Positions 48,601 to 58,956 of a stretch of DNA of 58,956 nucleotides are shown in pieces; the first letter of the stretch is position 1, and each line of letters starts with the position of its first letter. The DNA comes from Rhynchobatus australiae (Eukaryota): NCBI GenBank assembly GCA_034780895.1, contig JAUZTB010000017.1, positions 21,685,307-21,744,262 of the forward strand, read 5' to 3'. The notes beneath the pieces are model-generated. The model saw only the letters and a list, made by a program, of their open reading frames with translations, ran no database searches and was not told where the DNA came from. The translations under genes and the position numbers were made by a program.

Positions 48601-51454
48601 GTTCTCCTTTACCTAGCTAGGTTATCTCCACTGATAAAAATGTTAGAGGCAACCTCTATGTGTAAACAAGCCAATATCAGGAACAGCAAAGCTCTGCTTG
48701 GAAAGGATTTCACTGGGTGCTGACAAAAACGTGCCACAGACAGCTGCTAAACCATCAGCAAAAGCTAGCCTCCCCCCTCCATTACAACTGCCCTCATCTG
48801 ACCTCCCCCGAGATGTGGGAAGATCCCCATCAACAGCATGCAATTACAGTTACAGTTCTGCACATTAGCCGCAAGTTCCAGGACAGTGGTTCCGTTGTTG
48901 CTGAAGCTACCTCTCACAACAGCATAATCAGGGCAGGCTCAGGAGGAAGAGAAAGCAGCACACTCATGCAACTACTGGCACTGAGACAAAAATAGGCCAC
49001 CATGCTTGCATCCATTCAGCTCACATTAATTTACAAATCATTTGATATTTATTCATATCATTAAAATATATTTATTATTCAGATAATAGAGTATGATCTG
49101 CACCTCACCTCTTAAACTGATCATAACCAAACTTATGGGTCATCTGATCAGCTTTAACCAATAATTTAAATATGATTTCAAAAATGGGTATAATGTACTC
49201 TTTGTATCAATAACAATAGACAGTGGGACAGTCAGCTTAAGCTTTGTTCCACTCCAACCATTACCAAAAACCATCAGCTCATTTATTTTATTGCCAAATA
49301 AAAGTGGTTAAACACTTGTATAGCGCTAGCAGTAAATTGAGGAATTGAGTCTTCTCAGGGAAAAAAAAATGCACTCTACATAAAACCTTCTGGCTCTGTT
49401 CCTTGTTACAAGTTACAGACTACAAAAGATTCGTATCACTGCACTTTCAGATGACCTGTGCAGAAGTTAGTGCCCCTCAGATATGTCAAACACAATCCAA
49501 AAATTAAGTAAGAAATTAGTTAACAGGTCAAATACCAATATTTAACTAAAGATTTTGAAAGCGCACATCAAATGGTCATTTAGTAGTATTAATATTTTAA
49601 GTAGAACATAAACAACATGGCATGTTGTTAAATTCCACCTCTTGCCAAACACAGGAAGAAACCACAATGACATTGGTCAACAATAGCAAGTAACTCTTAA
49701 CACATTTGTATGACAACAATCGAACATTGTTTACACAATCACAAAAAACACTTTAGATAATGCATATAATATCCCTTCTAAAAATAACTGCCACAAAAAA
49801 TTTAATAAAAGGTGTTTATTCACTACTATCAATAATAATCTGTACAATAATGAACCAATAATAAAAATGTATCATTTACCTTACAATTAACAAACTGATA
49901 TTTTTGCTGCTAGTCACATAGCCTACTTTCACAAGCATAGTTTTAATTTAAAGCAAAAAATTATCTATGTTTTGTTCTTAAATTTCAATGTAATGACAGT
50001 CATCAGAATGGCAGAGGGTATTTGAGCTCTCTCATTACATGCATTTTCCTTCTTCTCTGTATTCATATTACAGTACATCACCAGCTTGAAGGTCTGCTAG
50101 TCAGAGATAAAGAATAATATGCAAGGAGCTGTTTTGGTCCCAAATGTTGTCTTTCACCAGCGAGTCACAGCATCAGATTCACTACCAGAGTGTTAATTCA
50201 CATCACCACAAAACACAGACCAAGACAATTAAACAGTGCATAAAATAAAAACACGGACTTGGCTCCTCAACTAATAGAGCAAGGAAAAGGTGGTTGGGGG
50301 AGGCGGGGGGATGGGTAATAGTGGTTGGTGGGAAAATGGGAAAAAGAGTAGGAGAGAGAGGGAGTAGGAAAAGAAACAGTGGTAGGCAGTCAACTGGGGT
50401 TATGTGGTGGATACGCAGTGAAGAGCAGATATTCTGAAAGTTGTTCAAAAAATAACTCTTGGGGGCTAAATATGCATTTCATATCCTGCAATTAAATAAA
50501 TGAGCTTCAATCAACGACAGCAAAAATTGTAGCTGGAAAAAATAGATTTGACACAGTAAGTGCCTTTTTCTCATACTACCTTGTAAAGATTTTAAAACAG
50601 GATTTAAGTGCTGTGTAGTCCCTACGATTATTGCAAAATTAACATGCAGTTGAGAGAAATAAATAGTTCCAGCTATGATGTGTTACCTCAATAGCTATAT
50701 AAATCTCATACAGTGGAGTGAAATGACATCTTTTAGACACACAAAAAATACTGGAACACCTGTTTGGTTTAATATTACATCACAAAATATTGGACATACA
50801 ACACACAGCTGCAAGCAACTCTCAAACAATGCAGCCTTTGTTTGCCCAAAGAAAATAAATAACTAAAACCAGCAGAAAAGCTAGTTAATCTGTGTATCTG
50901 CATGGGGTTACTCTAACTTCATTCATCATTATTTTTCTACAGTTCCCATTGTAATCCATCCAAATAGAACTAACCAATAAAACATGAAAATCCCTTGCAT
51001 AATGCATTATTCAATCAGTAATTTTTCTGAACCACAGAATTTATACATCAAAATACATCAATTACAAATCCCTCAGATTTTGTTTTACATTTATCATTAT
51101 TTCCCGACCATCTGTATTCAAAAATGTAAATAAATCAAGAAAGTAAGCACACTCAGTTTGTGCAAATGGGAAAAAGAGAGAAAAAAGCTTTTATTTAAGT
51201 GGTCACGTAGTGCCACAGAGGTGAAGCAGCTATTACAAAGGACAGAACACATGTACAACGTTATTAATATCAAAGTCTGAAAAGCTAAGTCTTATAGTAT
51301 CAAAATCAAACATTTTATGCATACTGTGAGGATGACAACACCTATTGACCAGGAATCACAAGTGGCTGTAACACTTAACTTTCTGTATGCTGATCAGCAC
51401 TAAAGCAAGTCATGGATAGATTTCCAAGTGTGTATGCCCTCTTGGTGACAGACA

Positions 51455-51800
51455 CTCAGAACAATAGCCTCTAAAACAGTAGATTGTGGGCTCAAGACCC
51501 ACTCTGGGACCGGAAACTCCAACGCAGTGGTGAGGGAAACCATTGCAATGCCGTGGGAGTGCCGCACTGCCCAAAGTCAGGCATTAAACCAACTAACCTC
51601 TGCAATAAGTGCAAAAAAGGTCCCATGGAACTATGTGTAGAAGAAGAGACGTTCTCCCAGCACATTGGCCAATAGCTGTTTCTCAGAAGTCACCACTAAA
51701 ACATCTGCTCATTTATTTCATTGCTATTTTATTGAAGCTTATTGTGCATAAATTGGGTCCTATGTTACCAGCATTGCAATGACCAAAAACTTCAAGGCAT
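51455..51800 (+). mobile_element. near-full Deu-domain SINE
   Basis: Head gattgtgggctcaagacccactc, then gggagtgccgcactg...attaaacc...ggtcccatggaacta...gaagaagag..gttctccc...tggccaata...cactaaaaca...ttgtgcataaattgg. Confidence 0.72.
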
Positions 51801-52049
51801 CCTAGGGGCATGGAAGACAAAATTTTGAGGTACCTGCAAGAATATTTAAAGAATACTCTCCTGAAGGACACCAATTGCAAATTGGCTACATGCCAAGAAA
51901 AATAATCCAGATTGCCTTTGCAAAGCACACAAGATAACCAAAGGATCCAGTGTGTACAACTCCTGGATGTACGAGGATTCAAATGTCACAATCAATTTGG
52001 CTGGCCCTTCAACTGTCCCAATATAACTTTCTTTCAAATAAGATGACAA

Positions 52050-52165
52050 AATATCATGGACCTAAAAAGACTGTTTCCCGTCTCACAAATTCCACATGAC
52101 CTAAGTATTTCAAGCATTGTACTTTTATTTCAGAGTCCCAGCATCTGTAGTATTTTACTTTTGTT
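52050..52165 (+). mobile_element. old Penelope-like end fragment
   Basis: gacctaagtatttcaagcattgtacttttatttcagagtcccagcatctgtagtattttac; ccagcatctg is shared with 53876-53886 and the reverse complement of 58243-58257. Confidence 0.5.
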
Positions 52166-53546
52166 ATTCTTAATTATTCTTATTTTTCATGGTCGGGTAA
52201 AGAATGACAGTGAAGTACATGTTAAATAATTGCCAACTTTTACTATTCTCCTGCATGTACACAAATCCTGTTGACATTTCTTCGTGATGTATTTTAAAAC
52301 TAAGTCCTATTTAACTTGATCAATAGGAGTTTTCTTTAATTAACTTACCCGTTTCTTTGCTTTATTGCTGTCTGTGCTAGGATGACGAAACAAACTCGAC
52401 TCCGATTTATGTAGCACCTTTAACAAAGAGAGGTGCATCCATTACACGAGTGTTAGTGTCTTGGAACAATGAGTATGGAATCAAATAGCAATGGAGATAG
52501 TAAAGTGAAAAGGGGAATGCACATTGATTCAATGCAGATTAGAGGGTGGGGCTGATGCAGAATAGCTGAACTGACAGAATGATGAAATGCCAATTCAGAA
52601 AAACAAGCCGCAACTATTGCCAGCATTTAAATTTAACAAACTTCATGCCCCTGCTGAAACCTTAGGTCAGCTCTTTGAGGAACTGGCAGGATTATTTGGT
52701 TTTGACAGAAGAAAAACTTGCTCTGGTCTATCATGCTAAAAGTAGGAACAGTAGTCATGATAAATCATGGCAATGTGTACAACCATCACTTCTCCCGTAA
52801 AGGAAGAAATTCAGAGCTGGGACACAAAATAAGAGAACAAAAGTGATGAAAACAAACAAAAATGAAACAAAAAATGACTGCAGTTCAACCTCTAATATCT
52901 TCCAACTATTGAAATCTTGCTGTTTCAGTGGTTGAAAACTCCCACATTTAAAATCCCAAGAGACAAATTCACCTTTTCCACAGTCATCCTCTTACATCCA
53001 ATAGACTGTGCACAGAGTTCTTGTCCCATAGATTTTCTTTAGAAGCATTTCAATAGCAAGTCACTATCAAGAGGCCCCACAAGATACTACAGAGGGGTGC
53101 AAAAAGAGTACCACTCCACTGCTTCAGATGCAGACAAATTGATGGACGATAACACAGTATTGATTAACCAAAGGAGTAAAACCAAGGTCTCTAAAAAAAA
53201 TATACAGTCAAACTCCAGCACCTTTTTTAATTTGGTAATGTCAGACCAGCAGATTTCCCAGGCAATTAGATACAACTCCTATTCATATTCAAACACACTT
53301 CAATTTCATTTATTTTTACACGTTAAACAGTAGTTTAATAAACTTTTCAAATGAAGAAGGCAAGTTTAAAGGGAATGGGTAATAAACAAGCACTCCAGAC
53401 CCTAGCTGTGGCTGCAAAGCTAACAAAGTACCTGGCCTAACCCCTGGTCCACCCACAAATTTGGTCCACTGTTCGGACACTGGAGCCAGCCACACTCTAA
53501 AGCCCTGGCTCTGGTAGCACACTGCACTTGCACTCTGGACTCCCAG

Positions 53547-53900
53547 ATCACATTCCAGACTAACGATGCTAGATAATCAGGAGCAACAAACAATCTGCTG
53601 GAGGAACTCTGGAGCATCCATGGGAGGAAACAAATTGTCGATGCTTCGGGTCAAAACCATGCATCAGGACTGAGNNNNNNNNNNNNNNNNNNNNNNNNNN
53701 NNNNNNNNNNNNNNNNNNNNNNNNNNNNNNNNNNNNNNNNNNNNNNNNNNNNNNNNNNNNNNNNNNNNNNNNNNTTGTCGATGCTTCGGGTCAAAACCAT
53801 GCATCAGGACTGAGATCCTCCAGCAGATTGTTTGTTGCTCCTGATTATCTAGCATCACTAGTCTGGAACGTGATTCCAGCATCTGCGGTCTCTTGTGTCT
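53547..53900. mobile_element. Penelope-like element remnant forming a 59-bp inverted repeat around a degenerate hammerhead motif
   Basis: Arms 53547-53605 and 53816-53874 are 56/59 complementary. The loop holds a 40-mer duplicated on both sides of a 100-N gap. The element ends ttccagcatctgcggtctcttgtgtct. Confidence 0.8.
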
Positions 53901-54389
53901 GCCTTATAAGCAGGATTTCCAAACAATCAGATCTGGATATCAGAGTTTTACTGTCACCATTCAATTAAGATTTAAGTCCTACCAAATACTAATTTACTCT
54001 TTTCATGCATTTTGTTTGGAAGAAACATTAACCATCACCAGTGCAAGCTTCCTTTAATTCCCCAAGATCTTTTCCCAACCCAAATAAGTTTTCCTTTTCA
54101 CTTAGTTTGACGACAACCCAGCATCCACTATCACAACTATCTGTCAGAGGAAATTTCTTACTTGTTTCTAGATTCGAACAGATCATTTGCTTCCCACAGC
54201 CCCTAAAATCATTGGAATACTTGTTGGAAATACACGTACTCAACAAAAAAAACTTCAGCACATATACGCATACTGTTTGATCCAGTTCTGGTGCAATGGT
54301 GTAAATAAGCATGCTGCTACATCTGGATTTCTTAAAATTGATTATCCAACGCATAGGAATCATGTTTGTTACTTTCACAAACACTTTCT

Positions 54390-55935
54390 TATAATTCCTT
54401 TCAGGATCTCAGCAACACTGGCAAGGCCAGCATTTGCTGCCCATTCCTAAACGCCCTGACGAAGATGCCTTCTTGAGAAAGTACGCTGCCTTTCCGAACT
54501 GCTGCAGTTGAATGTTTCCTTGCAGTGTTATTGTGCAGGGAGTTCCAAAATTCAGATGCAGAGGCAATGAAGGAACAGTGACATATTCCCAATTGGAGGG
54601 GAATCTTCAGGTGGTAGTGTTCTCATGCACCTGCTGTTCTTGTTCTTTTTGGTTGTGGAGGTCACTGACTTAGGCAAGTAACTGCAGTGCATTTTGTAGA
54701 TGGTATGCACTGCAACACTGTGCTCTAGTGTTGGAGGACATGAGTACTTCGGATGGTGGATGGAGTGCTGATCAGGACAGCTGCTTTGTCTTGGATGGTG
54801 TCGAGCTTCTTCAGAGTTGTTGGTGCTGCATGCATCCAAGCAAGTGGACAGTATTCTATCACACTCTTTTTAAACAGTGGTTTATAGAGACAGGAAGAGC
54901 ATTTGGATGTTAGGGATCCTGTCACTCACTCCAGGACATCCAGCCTCTCACTGCTCTTATAGCCATGATATTCATGTGGCTGGTCCAGTTGAGTTTCCAC
55001 TCAATGGTGAGGTCAGGATGTTGATAATGGAGGATTCGGCAATGGTAATGACATTGTAGGTGGTTACACTTTCTCTTATTGGAGATGGTCATTGCCTGGC
55101 AGTTTTGTGGTGCAAATATTGCTGCTACATATCAGCCCATGCCTGAATGTTGTCCTGATCTTGCTGCATACAGACTTAGATCACATTATTTGCTAAGAAG
55201 TTGTGAATGGAATTGAATATAGCACATTCACTGAACTACCCTGCTTAAGAACTTATGACAGAAGGAAATCTTTGATGAAGTAGGTGAAGACGGCTGGGCC
55301 TAGGACAATATGCTGAGGAATTCCTGCAGGGATATCCTAAGACTGGGATGATTAACCACCAAGAACCACAACCATCTCCATTTGTGTACAACTCCAAGCA
55401 GTGGAGTATTTTCCCCATAATGACCACTGACTTCAGCTTTACCGTGATGCCACTCTATCGAATGCCACAGGCAATCACTCTCACCTCACTTCTAGAATTC
55501 AGCTCTTTGGTTCACATCCGGACCAAGGCTGTGATGAGATCTGGAGCCAAGTGGTCATGGTTAAAATCAAAATTTGACATTGGGAAATAAGCAATTGATG
55601 AACAACTGCCCTTGACAGGATTGTCAACGGCAGCTTCCATCACCTTGCTGACAACTGAGGATAGACTGACTGGGTAGCGTTTGCTGTGTGGGATTTGTCA
55701 TGCTTTTTGTGAATAGGACACAGCCGGGCAATTTTCTACCTTGTTGTAGATGTCTCAGTTACAACAGTGCTGGAATAGCTTGGTTGGAGGTGCAGCTAGT
55801 TCTGGAATGGAGGTCAATAGCTGGAGTGATGACTGGTCCCATTGCCTCCTCTGATGTATTCAGTGCTTTCAGATATCATATGGTGTGAACTGAATCGGCT
55901 GGAAACTGGCTTCTGTGATGGTGGGGTTCAGGAAA
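54390..55935 (-). mobile_element. family B CR1/L2-group LINE, 3' about 1.5 kb
   Basis: ORF 54725-54925 reads SVIEYCPLAWMHAAPTTLKKLDTIQDKAAVLI. Tail gcaaggccagcatttgctgcccattcctaa is approximately the reverse complement of 45240-45270. Collinear with the reverse complement of 43840-45290. Confidence 0.9.
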
Positions 55936-56859
55936 AATAATCAAAACTTAATCGAATTAAACAAAAATAATGTCAAATTAGCAGGGAGTACAATCTCATA
56001 CTGACTACACAGACTTTTAAAAAAATGTACTTAGGAGTTCTTTTGATGGGCTGTGGATTAAGGAAGTTAAATTTTAAGTCATTAAGTTCGATTCCAATTT
56101 CATCAGTTTAAATGATCAAAAGGCAGTTGATACAAAAGGCTTATCCCTTCCTCATGCGTAAATGAATCTTGACTGAGATTGGATAGAGCACTGGGTTTCT
56201 GTCACATTGAAGATGAACATCAAGCAATCCACAAGAAAACACCCACTCAACTTACCAGACCAACATCAATATGTAAACAAAAGCAGACCATCTCTAAATC
56301 CCAAGGCTGTTTCACAATTCTGTACATTGTGGCTATATGTACCTTAACTTCATTTAGCTACTCTCCATCACTCAATATCTATCAACTACAATCTTAAAAA
56401 CTTCAGTTACCTCACCATCATCCAGTTTTTGGGNNNNNNNNNNNNNNNNNACACACAGCTGTGGAAGTGCTTCTTGAGTTCACTTAAAACAGACTTAACT
56501 CTTTATAGCTGAATTCCCTATTACGTTAAGTAGTTTTGTGTATCTATCATCCCTCCTCAATCTACAAAACTCAATGTAATCAAAAGCAGCCTTCTTACTA
56601 GATTATACCAATGAATCTACACAACACCCCTTTCAAAATCTATGTACCTGTCCTGAGGTGCTGTACCAAGTATAGCACTCGAGAAGAGTTTTAAAAAGAC
56701 CCTCTGCATTACTGGATCTGAAAGTGTTCATCTTTGCAATTAGCCTCTTGAGATAGACACCAATATTCTACAAGACTATTTGAGTGTTTTTTATATTTGT
56801 GCACAAAACATGTGCACCCAAACCCTCTTTTACTTCCACAGTTCATAGTCACTTCCCAT

Positions 56860-57180
56860 TGAGAAAAGTATTCCAATCTCTCAAATCCAAAAGCAGACAA
56901 CTTGATACTTCCATGCACAGAACTCCAGCCTTCAATTTTACTCAGTCTTGTTCTGCCCAATATAATATACTGTGCCTTCTAATTTAGACTTGCAAACAGG
57001 ATAATAGAATTACCAATCTCCTCTTCCAAATCAGTGATCTAATTGATTAAAACCTAAGGCTCAAGTACAGAATGTTGGGGAGCACTACTTGTCAAGTCCT
57101 ACCTATCAGAGAACATTCCTATCATCACTACTCTTTCTTCAAACTCAATTAATTACCAGCTACTTTATCCACTCCCACAC
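56860..57180 (-). mobile_element. highly decayed CR1 RT fragment
   Basis: acttgcaaac...tctcctcttccaaatcagtgat...acagaatgttggggagcactacttgtca...catcactactct parallels 24790-24945. Confidence 0.4.
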
Positions 57181-58229
57181 ATTGAGTTAAAACCATCTTT
57201 TCTACTAACAACAATGTTTTCCTCAAAGTAGCTGGCCTTTTTGTTGGGAAATTAGAATAAGGAAAGAAAAGAACAGGTCCATGCAAGCGTTTTAGTATTT
57301 GTAGCAATGCCCCACATAGTAAATTCTGAATCTAGTATGAGAAACGGCTAATTTCTGCAAACCCTTGGTAACCAGTCCTGGTATACCAAGCCCCTATACA
57401 CAGGAACCATTGTTTAAAGTCCATTTCCATTGAAACAATGTGGCTTAAATGTTTTGGTTTTGAGAATCAATTGCATTAAATTTAAAATACATTTGAAATT
57501 CATTTTTATTTTCCTAATACATCACCAAATCAATTTTAAAAAAGTCAAGCAGTTTTGAAATTTCTTAAATCAATCTCTATAGAAAAGTCAAACTCTGCAG
57601 CCATTTTAATTATACAGCAGTAAACTCAATCTGCTGTAAATCTATTTGTGAAATTAACCAATGTTTCTATTACTAATTCATATTGTTTTACTTTTCCTTG
57701 CTCAACTGGAACAAACTGGTACAAACGTGTTCTGGCATTTCATATCACTATTTAATCATTTACTAATGATATAAATCTGACAAACTGTCCATTGTCTGGA
57801 TAACACCAACTGTTACACATTATGCATCCTGCAAGATATCTGCACCAAACAATTGGCAAACGCAGAGTACCAAGTTCAGGCCCATATCCTGTAAGTGTCA
57901 AACATCACTTATTGGAACTTCCATACTTTATTGGTCTTGTTTATAATAAATGTATAAATCAGACATAATTCATTCAAAAGAAAAAGGGCATTCAAAAATA
58001 CATAATTCAACAGACAGTACTCATTCTGACCATAAATGACCCTGGATTAACATAAATGCATCACCTCCAGCGTGTCAGCTGTGAAGGAGTATTTAAAAAA
58101 AACCTCTGGTTTGTTTGTATTCAAATTTCACTGCATTTTTTAAAATGGTAAAAGACTGGCAATTTTTTTTAAAGAAAGCTTGCGGGGGTGGGGGGGGCGG
58201 AGCTTTGTTTATAAACACACACAAAACCT

Positions 58230-58430
58230 CGGAGACGAGATTCTGCAGATGCTGGAATCTGGAGCAACACAGCAGGTCGGCCAGCATCCGTGGAGGGAAA
58301 TAAACAGTCAACATTTCAGGCCGAGACCCTTCATCAGGACTGGAAGAGGGTAGAAGCCAGAATAAAAGGAATGGGGGGAGGGGGAGGAGCACATGTAGGT
58401 AGGTGATAGGTGAGTGCAGGTGAGAGGGGC
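58230..58430 (-). mobile_element. Penelope-like element 3' end
   Basis: ctgcagatgctggaatctggagcaacac..agcaggtcggccagcatccgtggagggaaataaacagtc..., the same family as 53560-53900, and it contains a hammerhead core. Confidence 0.78.
58305..58342 (-). ncRNA. minimal type I hammerhead ribozyme motif (Penelope-associated), partly CpG-decayed
   Basis: Minus-strand RNA: CAGUC-CUGAUGA-AGG(GUCUCGG)CCU-GAAA-UGUU-GACUG. Stem I is CAGUC/GACUG, the CUGAUGA and GAAA core boxes are intact, stem II is AGG/CCU, and the NUH triplet is GUU. Confidence 0.65.
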
Positions 58431-58870
58431 AAAAATTCAGCTGATTTTACCAAAGCCTGGTTCCAACGAAGGACTGCTTCCTAAACCATCAAACTTTACG
58501 CAAACATAGACACAAACTTGACAAAATTAACGCACCTGTGTTAAGTCACCCACAAGTGCTATAGTGAATGGAAGAATACCTTCAAGAAACTAGGATTGTT
58601 TTGGTAACATGTCATATCTAAAAGCTTTGAAAGTCAGAGTGGTTGACATCTAAAACTGTAAATGCTTGTTGTATTTTTCTTTAAAAAGCTTCTATCCAGT
58701 AACGCCAAGAAGAATACCCCAAATGACCATTTCTCAGCATCTTTGTAAACGACAGGAGCATTATGTGTAACCTTCCAAAGAGATGCAATGAAAGTAAAAT
58801 TCAGGGCACGGAGCACCCCAGCTTATGACACACTTCTCTTTGGACATGTGGATGAGTGAGTTTTTCATGA

Positions 58871-58888
58871 CTAAAAATAGCAGGAAGC
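58871..58888. promoter_or_regulatory. perfect MEF2 site adjacent to an ETS core
   Basis: ctaaaaatag (CTA(A/T)4TAG) at 58871-80, immediately followed by caggaagc. Confidence 0.35.
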
Positions 58889-58956
58889 CACTGCACAGTA
58901 ACATGCGCATCCCCACCTTCGAACTATCCTCTCAGCACTACTGATGGAAAGGGCAG

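Noticed and set aside
50296-50340. Second G-quadruplex candidate in a purine-rich tract
   Set aside because: Needs a 14-nt loop; better explained as low-complexity sequence.
434-58816. The many 60-150 aa ORFs outside LINEs as host genes
   Set aside because: Short, often non-ATG starts, no recognisable domains, no consistent splice-site framing; compatible with chance ORFs.
1-58956. CRISPR arrays, prokaryotic operons, rRNA, known miRNAs or C/D snoRNAs
   Set aside because: No regularly spaced repeats or gene-dense region. Seed-like and RTGATGA matches (for example 39644, 46683, 52580) lacked hairpins or terminal stems on visual inspection. This was not an exhaustive search.

Overview
AT-rich, CpG-depleted vertebrate non-coding DNA from a draft assembly with 13 N-gaps. 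The repeat content (CR1 LINEs, V-core tRNA SINEs, Deu-domain SINEs, Penelope-like ends, RTE, Rex1-like and L2-like fragments) points to a cartilaginous fish, possibly a ray or sawfish. That is my inference from recalled repeat families, not a database result. I found no host protein-coding exon I can recognise. The only ORFs with protein-family motifs are decayed LINE ORF2 pieces (CR1 EN/RT at 24.2-26.6 kb, a second CR1/L2-group family at 43.2-45.3 and 54.4-55.9 kb, Rex1-like, RTE). The + strand looks A-rich, which would fit a large intron of a minus-strand gene. I cannot support a genuinely new biological system here. The most interesting signals are: hammerhead-ribozyme motifs in Penelope-like ends; a 59-bp inverted repeat that appears to have copied flanking DNA; a V-core SINE with a Rex1-like rather than CR1-like tail and a 20-bp internal microinversion; several nested insertions; and a few candidate enhancer or alternative-exon segments. 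Family assignments rest on recalled consensus motifs, and boundaries of old repeats are approximate (about +/-30 bp).
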